DNA of 64,000 nucleotides from an uncultured Clostridium sp. (GTDB lineage Bacteria > Bacillota > Clostridia > Clostridiales > Clostridiaceae). Under the pieces are notes generated by a model. That model made no database searches and was not told the origin of the DNA. It was given only the letters and a program-made list of their open reading frames with translations. Of the stretch, positions 28,864-40,045 are shown in pieces (position 1 is the stretch's first letter; each line of letters starts with the position of its first letter). The position numbers were made by a program, and so were the translations under genes. The stretch covers positions 663 to 64,662 of the forward strand of contig NZ_CAURTC010000020.1 of assembly GCF_963527835.1 (NCBI RefSeq), given 5' to 3'.

Positions 28864-30201
28864 ATGAAGATTGTTGTAATAGGATGTACTCATGCAGGAA
28901 CAGCTACTATTGTTAATTTGAAGGAACGTTATCCAGAAAGTGAAATAACAGTTTATGAAAGAAATGATAACATATCATTTTTATCATGTGGTATTGCCTT
29001 AAGTGTAGGTGGTGTCGTTACAGAAACAGAAAAACTTTTTTATAATTCACCAGAAAATTTAGCATCTCTTGGGATTAAAACTAATATGAAGCACGACGTT
29101 TTAGATATAGATTTTAACAATAAAAAAGTTAAAGTTAAAAATTTAGATACAGAAGAAATTCTTGAAGATAATTATGATAAGTTAGTTCTTACCTTAGGAT
29201 CTTGGCCGATAGTACCTAAATTTGAAGGTGGAGAATTAGAGAATATTATTTTATGTAAAAATTATAATCATGCAAAAGTTATTGAAGCAAAATGTAAGGA
29301 TGCAAAAAATGTAGTTATAATTGGAGCAGGATATATTGGTGTTGAACTTGCAGAAGCTTTTCAAATAAAAAATAAAAGTGTTACTTTAATTGATGCAGAA
29401 AAAAGAATAATGGCTAAATATTTAGATGAAGAATTTACTAACATAGCAGAAACAGAATTTAAAAATCATAATGTAAATCTAGTTTTAGGTGAAAAGGTAA
29501 AATGTTTTAAAGGTGAAAATGGTAAAGTAACACATGTAGTAACTGATAACGGAACTTATGAAGGTGATTTAGTTATCTTATGTATAGGATTTGCACCTAG
29601 CACTTCATTAGTGAAAGGAAAATTAGAGACACTACCTAATGGTGCAATTATAATAGATGAATATATGAGAACAAGCAAAGAAGATGTTTTTGCGGCTGGA
29701 GATTGTTGTGTAGTAAAATATAATCCAGCAGGTGATACAAGATATATTCCACTTGCAACAAATGCTGTTAGAATGGGAACTTTAGTTGCAATGAATATAG
29801 AAAAGCCAAAATTAAAGTATATGGGTACTCAAGGTACATCAGGTATTAAGATATATGAAAAGTGTATAGCTTCAACTGGACTTACAGAAGAAGTTGCAAA
29901 AAGTACAACTTCATTTAATGTAGAATCAGTAGTGGTTAAAGATAATTATAGACCAGAATTTATGCCAACTTTTGAAGAAGCATCATTAAAATTAGTTTTT
30001 GATAAAGAAACAAGAAGAGCTCTTGGTGGTCAAATAATATCTAATTTAGATTTAACACAATTTATGAATACACTTTCAGTAGTTATTCAAAATAATATGA
30101 CTGTTGAAGAACTTGCAATGACAGATTTCTTCTTCCAACCACATTTTAATAAACCTTGGAGTTTATTAAATATAGCAGCTTTAGAAGCTATAAAAAAATA
30201 A
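28864..30201 (+). CDS. nox: H2O-forming NADH oxidase
   Basis: GCTHAG, ISFLSCG redox Cys, GAGYIG and DFFFQPHF motifs. Confidence 0.88.
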   Translation: MKIVVIGCTHAGTATIVNLKERYPESEITVYERNDNISFLSCGIALSVGGVVTETEKLFYNSPENLASLGIKTNMKHDVLDIDFNNKKVKVKNLDTEEILEDNYDKLVLTLGSWPIVPKFEGGELENIILCKNYNHAKVIEAKCKDAKNVVIIGAGYIGVELAEAFQIKNKSVTLIDAEKRIMAKYLDEEFTNIAETEFKNHNVNLVLGEKVKCFKGENGKVTHVVTDNGTYEGDLVILCIGFAPSTSLVKGKLETLPNGAIIIDEYMRTSKEDVFAAGDCCVVKYNPAGDTRYIPLATNAVRMGTLVAMNIEKPKLKYMGTQGTSGIKIYEKCIASTGLTEEVAKSTTSFNVESVVVKDNYRPEFMPTFEEASLKLVFDKETRRALGGQIISNLDLTQFMNTLSVVIQNNMTVEELAMTDFFFQPHFNKPWSLLNIAALEAIKK

Positions 30202-30205
30202 TTTT

Positions 30206-30249
30206 AAAAAGTATAGGCAATATTGAAAAATATTTCTTATACTTTTTTT
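30206..30249 (+). terminator. Terminator after nox
   Basis: aaaaagtatagg/cttatacttttt plus Ts. Confidence 0.75.
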
Positions 30250-30365
30250 CATATATACCAAGTATAGATTTTTTTAAGCTTGAAAAGTTGATAAAGCTTA
30301 AGTTAAAGATAACTATCATCTTTCAACTTTTAATTAGTAAAGTGTGGTGCAACTACTTTACGTTT

Positions 30366-30935
30366 CTATACAAAGACATTTAAACAATAAATAACTAACA
30401 CTGAAGAAACTGCAACAATAAGCAAATCTTTTCCAAAGTATGCTAAAACTATAGCAGCTAAAGTTCCGAGTGTTCAACCTAAATAGGGAAGAGTCATTAA
30501 TCCTAACATAAATTCAGACGTTAATTCATCTTTTTCAAGTGATGCGAGTGTAAATGTTTCATCTGTGATACCAAAGGATATTATAAAACGTTTAAACAAA
30601 GGTATTTTATCTTGCATTTTTTGAGATAAAGATAATGACATAAGCATATATCTAATATTTATAACAAAGATAGTTAAAACTATTTCTAAATAAGAAGCAG
30701 AAATAAAGATTAGATTAATACCAGCGAATTGACTAGCTGATGTTAAATTAGTCATTGATATTAATAATGCAATCCAAGAACTAAGACCTCCACGTACAGC
30801 CATCATTCCAAAGGTGATAGAAACAGATATATATCCAAGTGAAATTGGTATGCCTTTCTTTAAACCGTATTTATAATCATCTAGATTATAAATTTTTCTT
30901 GTATTTATAGTTTTTAATTCAATATTTTCTTTCAA
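30366..30935 (-). pseudogene. azlC'-'azlD deletion fusion with internal TGA
   Basis: AzlC motifs (NIRYMLMS, GITDETF); TGA at the expected Trp of YLGW, then in-frame TLGTL-AAIVLAYFGKDLLIVAV, which resembles an AzlD C-terminus. Confidence 0.75.
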
Positions 30936-31129
30936 GAATAAGCCCCCACAAAAATAAGTGAAAATTTTTATAAATAAAATTATATCAAAAATATATTTGA
31001 AAATATATACATTAAAGTGACGGTACTATAAATTAAAATTTTATTTTAAAATTTTTTTATTTATTTAAGATACTTTTAACTAAATTTAAATAAGTATATA
31101 TTAAGAACAATTAAATCAGGAGAAATTTT

Positions 31130-31411
31130 ATGAATTTAGTATTAGTATTTTTAATTACAGCAATAATTGCTTGGAAAAGCATATATACAGTTAAGTTAAT
31201 TGTAAAATTTACTATAGAAAAAAATGAAAAGGAAAAATATATTAATGTAGTTTTATTTAATGTATATATCATATATTTTTATTTTTTATACAAAGCTGCT
31301 ACAAATTCATTAGAATCTCCAGTTGAAGGTCCGATTTGGTTAATATTAATTTTTATACTTCTTATATTTGGAAATTTGCTCTATGATTTTAAAAATGGAA
31401 GAAAAAGATAA
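31130..31411 (+). CDS. Small hypothetical membrane protein (3 TM)
   Basis: SD AGGAG; three hydrophobic segments. Confidence 0.65.
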   Translation: MNLVLVFLITAIIAWKSIYTVKLIVKFTIEKNEKEKYINVVLFNVYIIYFYFLYKAATNSLESPVEGPIWLILIFILLIFGNLLYDFKNGRKR

Positions 31412-31467
31412 AAATTTTATTATTTGTTTAAAAAATTTAATTAAATTTCAAAAAAACTAAGTATATG

Positions 31468-31496
31468 GAAGGAAATATAATATTTATATAGAATAA
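31468..31496 (+). promoter_or_regulatory. SigH-type promoter of the mraZ operon
   Basis: AGGA-17-GAAT (gaaggaaat...atagaataa). Confidence 0.65.
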
Positions 31497-31500
31497 ATAT

Positions 31501-31530
31501 TATAAAGTGGTTTAAAGTGGTTTAAAGTGG
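31501..31530 (+). promoter_or_regulatory. MraZ binding repeats
   Basis: Three taaaGTGG units at 10-bp period upstream of mraZ. Confidence 0.88.
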
Positions 31531-31580
31531 ATTGAAATAGAGCTTAAATTGCTGTAAATTATTAAGGTGAGGGTAAATTA

Positions 31581-32009
31581 ATGTTTATTGGAGAATATCA
31601 ACATTCACTAGATTCTAAAAATAGAATGATTGTTCCATCAAAACTAAGAGAAGACTTAGGAAATAAGTTTGTAATAACAAAAGGTCTTGATGGATGTATT
31701 TATGCTTATACAATTAAGGAATGGGGAATTTTGGAGAATAAGCTTAAAACCTTACCTTTGACAAATAAAGATGCAAGAGCATTTGTAAGATTCTTTTTTT
31801 CTGGTGCATGTATAGTAGATTTAGATAAGCAAGGAAGAGGATTAATTCCACAAAATTTAAAAGAATATGCAGGCATAGAAAAGGACATAGTAAGTATAGG
31901 GGTATTATCTAGAGTCGAGATTTGGAGCCGGGAAAAGTGGATTAATTACAACGAATCAGATATAGATTATGATCTGATTGCAGAAAAAATGAATAATTTA
32001 GGAATATAA
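31581..32009 (+). CDS. mraZ: Division/cell wall cluster repressor MraZ
   Basis: [15 protein letters not shown] and DKQGR motifs. Confidence 0.96.
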   Translation: MFIGEYQHSLDSKNRMIVPSKLREDLGNKFVITKGLDGCIYAYTIKEWGILENKLKTLPLTNKDARAFVRFFFSGACIVDLDKQGRGLIPQNLKEYAGIEKDIVSIGVLSRVEIWSREKWINYNESDIDYDLIAEKMNNLGI

Positions 32010-32021
32010 GGAGTTTTTAAT

Positions 32022-32954
32022 ATGGAATTTAAACATATTTCAGTTTTACTAAATGAATGCTTAGATGCATTAGATATAAAGGATAATGGAATTTATGTTG
32101 ACTGTACACTAGGTGGAGCAGGACATTCATCTCATATATTAGAGCGTTTATCAAAGGAAGGTTTATTAATAGGGATAGATCAAGATAGAGATGCCTTAAA
32201 AGCGGCAAAAGAAAGATTGAAAAGGTTTGAAAATGTAAAATATGTTCATAGTAACTTTTATGACATAGATAATATTCTTCAAAATTTAGATATACCCAAA
32301 GTAGATGGTATATTAATGGACCTTGGAGTATCTTCGTACCAATTAGATGAGGGCGCAAGAGGATTTAGTTATATGAAAGATGCTCCTTTAGATATGAGAA
32401 TGAATAGAGATAATGATTTTTCAGCTTATGAAATTGTAAATGAATATAGTGAAGATGAGCTATATAAAATAATAAGAAATTATGGTGAAGAAAGATTTGC
32501 AAAAAGAATTTCTAACTGCATAGTAAATAGAAGAAGCGATAAGCCTATAGAGACTACTATGGAACTAGTTGACATAATTAAAGCAGCTATTCCAGCAAAA
32601 GCAAGAAGAGAGGGTCCACATCCAGCAAAAAGAACTTTTCAAGCTATAAGAATAGAAGTAAATTCAGAACTTAAAATACTTAACCAGACGATTGAGGATG
32701 GTGTAAATAGATTAAAGCCAGGTGGAAGAATGGCTATAATAACTTTCCATTCTTTAGAAGATAGAATAGTTAAGCTTAAATTTAGAGAACTTAATGATCC
32801 ATGTACATGTCCAAGGGAATTTCCAATGTGTATTTGTGGCAAAAAACCTAGCGTTAAGTTAGTATCTAGAAAAGGAATAGAACCTACTAAAGAAGAGGTT
32901 GAAGAAAATCCAAGAAGTAGAAGTGCAAAACTTAGAATAATTGAGAAATTATAA
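32022..32954 (+). CDS. rsmH: 16S rRNA m4C1402 methyltransferase
   Basis: [16 protein letters not shown] and [10 protein letters not shown] motifs. Confidence 0.97.
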   Translation: MEFKHISVLLNECLDALDIKDNGIYVDCTLGGAGHSSHILERLSKEGLLIGIDQDRDALKAAKERLKRFENVKYVHSNFYDIDNILQNLDIPKVDGILMDLGVSSYQLDEGARGFSYMKDAPLDMRMNRDNDFSAYEIVNEYSEDELYKIIRNYGEERFAKRISNCIVNRRSDKPIETTMELVDIIKAAIPAKARREGPHPAKRTFQAIRIEVNSELKILNQTIEDGVNRLKPGGRMAIITFHSLEDRIVKLKFRELNDPCTCPREFPMCICGKKPSVKLVSRKGIEPTKEEVEENPRSRSAKLRIIEKL

Positions 32955-32991
32955 AATTTAAATTTTATTATGTTATAAATTAAGCGGGGAT

Positions 32992-33504
32992 GTGAATAAA
33001 TTGGAAGGAAAAGAATATGATTATATTAAAGGTAGTACAGCAGTAAAACCATCGAGAAAAAGAATAGTAAGTAGACCAAAGAAAAGTAAACAAAATTTAC
33101 GAAAAGTTAAAAAGAACAAGAATATTAAGATAAAAAATGAAAAAATAGAAGCAAGAAAAAGTACTCTTATAATATCTATATTGATAGTTTCATTAGGACT
33201 TATGACTATTTCAGGAGATGCCAAGGTTTATAATATGCAAAAGAATTTAGGGAAAATAGATAGTGAGATTAATAATGCTGAGGAAACAAATGAAGCATTA
33301 AGAGTTAAACTTTTAAAATTTGGATCTTTACAAAATATACAAGAAACTTCAGAAAAGCAGTTATCAATGACATTACCTACTAAAGATGACATAGTAAAAA
33401 TAGACTTTTCTGAGAATTATTTTGCAAATTTAGAAACAAATAGTCCTACTAAAGTTAATCAAAAACAAAGTTTTATATCTAAATTTATAAGCAAATTCAG
33501 ATAA
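32992..33504 (+). CDS. ftsL: FtsL-like cell division protein (start may be TTG 33001)
   Basis: Basic N-terminus, one TM, coiled coil; lies between rsmH and the PBP. Confidence 0.7.
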   Translation: MNKLEGKEYDYIKGSTAVKPSRKRIVSRPKKSKQNLRKVKKNKNIKIKNEKIEARKSTLIISILIVSLGLMTISGDAKVYNMQKNLGKIDSEINNAEETNEALRVKLLKFGSLQNIQETSEKQLSMTLPTKDDIVKIDFSENYFANLETNSPTKVNQKQSFISKFISKFR

Positions 33505-33670
33505 TAATTTTTGATTAATTTAAAATAAGTAGTAAAGTTTAAGAACTTAATAGCTTCATATTCTTAGATAAGTATTTTTTAGACTAAATTATAAGAGGAT
33601 TTTTAATTACATTACAGTTTAAAAAAGAGACACTTAATCTAATAGAAATTATATGGAGGAGTTATAAGTA

Positions 33671-35929
33671 GTGAAAAAACTAAATTATAAAGATAGAGCA
33701 AAAATGCGCAAAAGAATGACTATAATTATTGCAGGATTAAGTTGTGTGTTTTTAGTGCTGAGCATTAGACTATCTTACATAATGATAGCTAAAAGGCAAG
33801 AATATGCAGCAAGAGCGGAAGAACAATGGACAAGCGAAGTAAAAATAGATGCAAGAAGAGGAAGAATATTAGACAGAAATGGCAAAGAATTAGCTGTATC
33901 TGCTAATGTATATAGAGTTGACTTTGATTTAAACTCTATAAGATCTTTTTTAAGGCAAGATTTAACTGAAAAAAGACGAGAAAAGCTTAGTAGTGTTGGA
34001 ATTAATGTAAAACCAGGACAGGAAGCCTTAACAACTGCTGATATTGCTCCTGTTATTGCAAACGCTCTAGATTTAGATTCAGAAAAGGTAAAAGAAAAAT
34101 TAGAAACTAAGCTCCCAAGTGGAGCAGATGCTGGTTCAGCAACGCTTATAAGAAGAATTGAAAAAGATGCTGCTGATAAAGTAAGGGATTTAAACATTAG
34201 TGGTGTTTTAGTATCACCAGATACCAAAAGATATTATCCAAATAATAACTTTTTATCACATGTTCTTGGAAGTACTAATGTTGATGGTCAAGGGTTAACT
34301 GGAGTAGAAGTACAATATAATAATTATTTGTCTGGAGTACCTGGAATGAAAATTTCAGAGTTAGATAGAAATAGTGGAGAACTACCGTATACAATATCAC
34401 AATTCACACCTCCAGTAGATGGAAAAGATATAACTTTAACAATTGATGAGAATATTCAGTTCTTTGCTGAAAAGGCAGCTGAGCAAACATATGAAGATAA
34501 CAAAGCTAAAGCAGTATCTATATTAGTTATGGATCCTAAAACTGGAGAAGTTTTAGCTATGGTTAATAAACCGGATTTTAACCCTAACGCTCCATATGAA
34601 GGCACAGAAGATTTTGAAGGTGCAAATGAATCAGAAAGATTACAAAAGATGTGGAGAAATAGAATTGTAAATGATACGTTTGAACCAGGATCTATTTTTA
34701 AGGTCGTAACAGCAATTACTGGATTAGAAGAAAATATTGTAAATGCAAATACAGATTTTACATGTGGTGGTGGTTTGCATTTTGGAAATAGATATATAAA
34801 GTGTTGGAGAACACAAGGTCATGGAGCTCAAAAATTTCCGGATATAATTCAAAATTCATGTAATGTTGGATTTATGAAGCTTGGAGAAATGATAGGAAAA
34901 GAAAAGTTATGTGAATATATTGAAAAGTTTGGATTTGGAAAGGTAAGTGGAATTGATTTACCAGGAGAAGCTAAAGGGATCGTTAAAAAGGTTGATAAAA
35001 TCTCAGAAACAGATTTAGCAACTATAGCTTTTGGACAAACTAACACTGTAAATTCAGTTCAATATATGACAGCCTTTAATGCTGTTGCAAATGGTGGTCA
35101 ATTAATACAACCACATGTTATGAAGGAAATTACTCATAGCGGTGATAATGGAGTGAAAATAGTTGATGAATCATTTAATCCTAAAATAACTGATGTAGCA
35201 ACTAAGGAAAAAACAGCAGAACTTAGAAGTTATCTTGAAAGAGTTGTAACTGGAGGATCTGGAGCAGGAACATTTATGGAAGGATATCACATTGGAGGAA
35301 AAACAGGAACAGCTCAAAAAGTTAATCCTGAAAATGGTACTTATGGTGCTGGACAGTATATATCATCTTTTGTTGGTATGGCACCAGTAGATGATCCTAA
35401 GATAACTGTGATGGTAACAGTAGATGAGCCGAGTAATGGTGAATATTATGCAGGTCAAGTATGTACACCAGCAGCTAAAATGTTATTCTCTGATATATTT
35501 AATTATTTAGACAGTAAATTTTCAGATGAAAATTTAAGTCAAATATCTAGAGATGTTATTATTCCAGAAGTTAGAGGAATGAAGGTTGATGAAGCAAAGA
35601 AAGTGTTAAAAGAATCTAAGTTAAATTTTTCTATAGATGAATCAAGTGATACTGTTGTAGATATGAAGCCATATCCAGGATATGCAGTAAAGGAAGAATC
35701 TGAAATAAATCTTTACACAGGTAACAGTGGGTCTTATAATAAAAATGTTGTGATGCCTGATGTAAGAGGATATTCTAAAGATGATGCTAATCAATTATTA
35801 ACTAGTATTGGAATAACACCTATCTTCCAAGGTGAAGGTATGGTAATAGAACAAAATGTTAATCCGGGAGAAGTTATAACGAAGGGCACATCGGTTAAAT
35901 TAACTTTAAATTCAGATTATAAAGACTAA
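33671..35929 (+). CDS. spoVD: Class B PBP, SpoVD/FtsI-like, with two PASTA domains
   Basis: EPGSIFK, SCN and KTGTAQ motifs. Confidence 0.85.
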   Translation: MKKLNYKDRAKMRKRMTIIIAGLSCVFLVLSIRLSYIMIAKRQEYAARAEEQWTSEVKIDARRGRILDRNGKELAVSANVYRVDFDLNSIRSFLRQDLTEKRREKLSSVGINVKPGQEALTTADIAPVIANALDLDSEKVKEKLETKLPSGADAGSATLIRRIEKDAADKVRDLNISGVLVSPDTKRYYPNNNFLSHVLGSTNVDGQGLTGVEVQYNNYLSGVPGMKISELDRNSGELPYTISQFTPPVDGKDITLTIDENIQFFAEKAAEQTYEDNKAKAVSILVMDPKTGEVLAMVNKPDFNPNAPYEGTEDFEGANESERLQKMWRNRIVNDTFEPGSIFKVVTAITGLEENIVNANTDFTCGGGLHFGNRYIKCWRTQGHGAQKFPDIIQNSCNVGFMKLGEMIGKEKLCEYIEKFGFGKVSGIDLPGEAKGIVKKVDKISETDLATIAFGQTNTVNSVQYMTAFNAVANGGQLIQPHVMKEITHSGDNGVKIVDESFNPKITDVATKEKTAELRSYLERVVTGGSGAGTFMEGYHIGGKTGTAQKVNPENGTYGAGQYISSFVGMAPVDDPKITVMVTVDEPSNGEYYAGQVCTPAAKMLFSDIFNYLDSKFSDENLSQISRDVIIPEVRGMKVDEAKKVLKESKLNFSIDESSDTVVDMKPYPGYAVKEESEINLYTGNSGSYNKNVVMPDVRGYSKDDANQLLTSIGITPIFQGEGMVIEQNVNPGEVITKGTSVKLTLNSDYKD

Positions 35930-35950
35930 TTAGAATACTTAAGTTAAATT

Positions 35951-35981
35951 TTTAGCATGTGGGTTTTGCTCACATGCTAAA
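35951..35981 (+). terminator. Hairpin after spoVD
   Basis: tttagcatgtggg/ctcacatgctaaa. Confidence 0.7.
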
Positions 35982-36053
35982 TTATTGTAAAATAATCTTT
36001 TATATAGTATTTAAATAACATAATAAGCATATTATTTAAGGAGATGGTTAAAA

Positions 36054-37508
36054 ATGAACCTTAAAGATATTTTAAAGGGAATAGACTATAAGCTTGTACA
36101 AGGAAGCTTAGACAAGGAAATATCTTCAGTTAATTATGATAGTAGAAAGATTAATAAATCAGATATTTTTATCTGTATAAAGGGATATGCTACTGATGGT
36201 CATAAATATATCCAAAAGGCAATTGAAAATGGTGCCTCTGTTATTATAATGCAAGATGAGGTTGAAGTAGTAAACACAAATATATCTGTTATTAAAGTAA
36301 AGGATACTAGAAAAGCTCTAGCTCTTATAGGTATAAATTATTACGATAATCCAAGTAAAAAAATGAAAATTATTGGTATAACAGGTACTAATGGCAAAAC
36401 AACAACTGCATTTATGATAAAATCAATTCTAGAATCCAATGGTAAAAAGGTAGGACTTATAGGAACTATAGCAAATTACATTGGAAATGAAAAACTTCAT
36501 ACGGAAAGAACTACACCTGAATCATTAGAATTACAAGAATTATTTAACAATATGGTTAATAAGGGTGTAGAATATTGCGTTATGGAAGTATCTTCTCATT
36601 CTCTTGAATTAGATAGAGTATATGGAGTTGATTTTGAGGTTGGAATTTTTACGAATTTAACAAGGGATCATTTAGATTTTCATAAGACTTTTGAAAATTA
36701 CTATAATTCTAAATTTAAATTATTTAAGAGAAGCAATATAAGAATAATAAATAATGATGATGATTATGGTAAACAAGTAATAAAAGATTTAAATAAACTA
36801 AAAGCAAAAAATATATATGATTATTCTATAAAGGGAGACTCTAATTTTAAAGCATTTGACGAAAAAATGGGAAGCAAAAATATAAGCTTTAAAGTTAATT
36901 TAGAAAAAGATGAAGAATTTATATTATCAATACCAGGAGAGTATAATATATATAATGCTTTAGGTGCTATAGGAGCATGTTATAAGTTAAATATACCAAT
37001 GGATGCTATAAAAAATGGAATTAATAAAGTTATAGTTCCAGGTAGATGCGAAAGAACAGCTACTAACTATAATTTACCTTATGACATAATAATAGATTAT
37101 GCTCATACTCCAGATGGATTACAAAATATCTTAGAAACTGCAAGAGGATTTACGCAAGGAAGATTAATTGCAATCTTTGGATGTGGAGGGGATAGAGATA
37201 AGGTAAAACGTCCTCAAATGGGCAAAATAGGAACTGATATAGCAGATATAGCTATAGTAACTTCAGATAATCCAAGAAGCGAAGAGCCAATGGGAATAAT
37301 AGAGGATATATTAGTAGGAATAGAAAAAGATAATTATGAAGTTATAGAAAATAGAAAAGATGCTATAAAAAAAGCAATGGATATAGCTAAAGAAAATGAT
37401 GTAATAGTTATAGCAGGAAAAGGACACGAAACATATCAAATTTTAAAAGATAAAACAATACATTTTGATGAAAGAGAAGTTGTTAAACAAATATTAGATG
37501 ATAAATAA
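36054..37508 (+). CDS. murE: UDP-MurNAc-Ala-Glu:meso-DAP ligase
   Basis: GTNGKTT, DYAHTPD and DNPR (DAP-type) motifs. Confidence 0.96.
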   Translation: MNLKDILKGIDYKLVQGSLDKEISSVNYDSRKINKSDIFICIKGYATDGHKYIQKAIENGASVIIMQDEVEVVNTNISVIKVKDTRKALALIGINYYDNPSKKMKIIGITGTNGKTTTAFMIKSILESNGKKVGLIGTIANYIGNEKLHTERTTPESLELQELFNNMVNKGVEYCVMEVSSHSLELDRVYGVDFEVGIFTNLTRDHLDFHKTFENYYNSKFKLFKRSNIRIINNDDDYGKQVIKDLNKLKAKNIYDYSIKGDSNFKAFDEKMGSKNISFKVNLEKDEEFILSIPGEYNIYNALGAIGACYKLNIPMDAIKNGINKVIVPGRCERTATNYNLPYDIIIDYAHTPDGLQNILETARGFTQGRLIAIFGCGGDRDKVKRPQMGKIGTDIADIAIVTSDNPRSEEPMGIIEDILVGIEKDNYEVIENRKDAIKKAMDIAKENDVIVIAGKGHETYQILKDKTIHFDEREVVKQILDDK

Positions 37509-37526
37509 TAAGAGGTGAAATATATT

Positions 37527-38888
37527 ATGGATTTAACTCTAAATGAAGTACTAAAAGCAATTGATGGTGAATTGCTAGTAAAAAATAATGAAGGAAACTT
37601 TGAAAAAATTTCAACTGATACAAGAAAAATTGATAAAAATAGTTTATTTATAGCATTAAAGGGTAATAATTTTAATGGAAATAATTATGTGGTTGAAGCA
37701 ATAAAAGCTGGAGTAACTGTTGCAATAATAGATGAAGTGAATTTTAAATTAGAAGAGTTAAATGATAAAGGAACAGTTATTAAAGTAAATGATACAAAAA
37801 CAGCATTAGGAGCTTTAGCAAAATACTATAGAGAAAAATTAGGAATAAAGGTGGTAGGTATAACAGGATCTACAGGCAAAACATCTACTAAAGATTTAGT
37901 AGCAGCTTTTTTAAGTGGGAAATATTCTATATTTAAGACAAAAGGAAATTTTAATAATGAAATAGGGTTACCACTTATGATTTTTGAATTAGATTCAAGT
38001 TATGATATTGCAGTTCTTGAAATGGGAACAAGTAACTTTGATGAAATTCATAGATTAACTAATATTGCAAGACCTGATATGGCTATAATTACTAATGTAG
38101 GAGTATCTCATATAGAATATTTGAAGACAAGAGAAAATATTCTTAAAGAAAAGTTTAGCATAACAGACTTTTTTAAAAAAAATAATACTTTAGTAATAAA
38201 CTATGAAAATGATATGCTTCAAAAAGTGAATGAAGATCATGAATTTAAAATTGAAAAAATTGGATATAATAAAAAATATGATTTATATGCAGAAAACATA
38301 GAGTTAACTGAAGAAAGCACTTCTTTTGATGCAGTTAATAGTACTGGAGAGCGTCATAGATTTAAATTAAACATGGTGGGAGAACATAACATATTAAATG
38401 CGCTTTTAGGAATAAGAATATCAGAAAACTTTGGTATTACATTTGAAGAAATGGAATTGGGACTAAATAATTTTGAAGCTACTTCTATGAGATTAGAATT
38501 TATAAAGAAAAATAATTTTACAATAATAAATGACTGTTATAATGCTAGTCCAGATTCAATGAAATCGGCTTTAAGTGTTTTGAAAACATATAGTGGAAAT
38601 AGAAAAATTGCTGTATTAGGAGATATGGGAGAGCTTGGAGATCATGCTAAGTCATCTCATGAAACGGTAGGTCAAGATGCAATAGGGAAAGCAGATATTG
38701 TTTTAACAACAGGTGAGTTTAAAGAAGATTATAAAAGTGGTTTTGGAAAAAATGCAGTGACTTTTAACTGTAAAGAGGAATTACAAAATTATCTATGTAA
38801 TTTAATGAAAGATGGAGATGTTATTTTGGTTAAAGCATCAAGATCAGCAAAATTTGAAGATATAGTAAAAAATATAGAAGCTTTATAG
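37527..38888 (+). CDS. murF: UDP-MurNAc-tripeptide:D-Ala-D-Ala ligase
   Basis: [23 protein letters not shown] and KASR motifs. Confidence 0.95.
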   Translation: MDLTLNEVLKAIDGELLVKNNEGNFEKISTDTRKIDKNSLFIALKGNNFNGNNYVVEAIKAGVTVAIIDEVNFKLEELNDKGTVIKVNDTKTALGALAKYYREKLGIKVVGITGSTGKTSTKDLVAAFLSGKYSIFKTKGNFNNEIGLPLMIFELDSSYDIAVLEMGTSNFDEIHRLTNIARPDMAIITNVGVSHIEYLKTRENILKEKFSITDFFKKNNTLVINYENDMLQKVNEDHEFKIEKIGYNKKYDLYAENIELTEESTSFDAVNSTGERHRFKLNMVGEHNILNALLGIRISENFGITFEEMELGLNNFEATSMRLEFIKKNNFTIINDCYNASPDSMKSALSVLKTYSGNRKIAVLGDMGELGDHAKSSHETVGQDAIGKADIVLTTGEFKEDYKSGFGKNAVTFNCKEELQNYLCNLMKDGDVILVKASRSAKFEDIVKNIEAL

Positions 38889-38894
38889 TATAAC

Positions 38895-38931
38895 AAAGGA
38901 GGTGAACTGCCTAAAAAGGCAGTATAAGATG
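38895..38931 (+). promoter_or_regulatory. Split ribosome-binding site of mraY (SD, hairpin, ATG)
   Basis: AAAGGAGGTGA-[actgcct aaaa aggcagt]-ataag-ATG. Confidence 0.7.
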
Positions 38932-39903
38932 GGGGATACAATAAAAGAATTATTAAATCCAACAGTTTTATCAGCATTATTAATGGGATTTGCATTTTCA
39001 ATGGTTTTAGGACCAATATTTATACCTATGCTGCATAAATTAAAATTTGGTCAAAATATAAGAACAGATGGACCTAAAAGTCATCTGAAAAAGTCAGGGA
39101 CTCCAACTATGGGAGGACTTATATTTTTTATTTCAGTAAGTGTAACAATGCTTATTATAGGATACAAACCAACTGATGAAGGTATGATAATATTATATTC
39201 ATTGATTGCATTTGGTATAATAGGATTTTTAGATGATATGTTAAAAATAATCCATAAAGACAATTTAGGACTAAGAGCTTATCAAAAGATGATTTTATTA
39301 TTACTATTTTCTATTGCGTTAGCTTATTATGGATATACTAATGTAGGAACAGACATTATAATTCCATTTATGAATTCTAAATTGAATTTAGGAATATTTT
39401 ATATACCATTAGTAGTTGTATATTATGCAGCAACAACTAATGCAGTAAATCTTACAGATGGAATAGATGGCCTTGCGTCATCAGTAACAGTTATAGTTTT
39501 AACTTTCTTTGCAATAGTAGGTTTTAAAACAGGACATTATCAAGTTGGAGTATTCTCAATTGCTCTTGCAGGTGCTTTATTAGGATTTCTTAGATATAAT
39601 GCCTTCCCAGCAAAAATATTTATGGGAGATACAGGCTCATTAGCACTTGGAGGTGCAATAGCAACAATAGCTTTAATACTAAAAATGCCATTATTCATAA
39701 TAATAGTTGGTGGAATATATGTAATAGAAACATTATCTGTTATCATACAAGTTACATCTTTTAAGACGACAGGTAAAAGAGTATTTAAAATGGCTCCAAT
39801 CCATCATCATTTTGAACAATGTGGATGGAGTGAAGTTAAATTAGTTACAGTCTTTTCAATAATAACATTAATACTATGCATTATAGGCTTTATTGCACTT
39901 TAA
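38929..39903 (+). CDS. mraY: Phospho-MurNAc-pentapeptide transferase
   Basis: [25 protein letters not shown] and MAPIHHHFE motifs; the GTG at 38902 lies inside the SD. Confidence 0.95.
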   Translation: MGDTIKELLNPTVLSALLMGFAFSMVLGPIFIPMLHKLKFGQNIRTDGPKSHLKKSGTPTMGGLIFFISVSVTMLIIGYKPTDEGMIILYSLIAFGIIGFLDDMLKIIHKDNLGLRAYQKMILLLLFSIALAYYGYTNVGTDIIIPFMNSKLNLGIFYIPLVVVYYAATTNAVNLTDGIDGLASSVTVIVLTFFAIVGFKTGHYQVGVFSIALAGALLGFLRYNAFPAKIFMGDTGSLALGGAIATIALILKMPLFIIIVGGIYVIETLSVIIQVTSFKTTGKRVFKMAPIHHHFEQCGWSEVKLVTVFSIITLILCIIGFIAL

Positions 39904-40045
39904 TTAATTGAAAGTAAATAATTGAAAGATTATGTTTTAAATAAATGTTGGTATTATACTAAAACATCAACAATACATTAAAACAAAGCGTAATACGATA
40001 ACATTATTTTAATTAACTTAGTAATTAAGTTTGGAGGATTTGTGT

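Noticed and set aside
31501..31530. Short direct repeats as a CRISPR array or iterons
   Set aside because: 10-bp period GTGG repeats before mraZ are the known MraZ operator; no spacers
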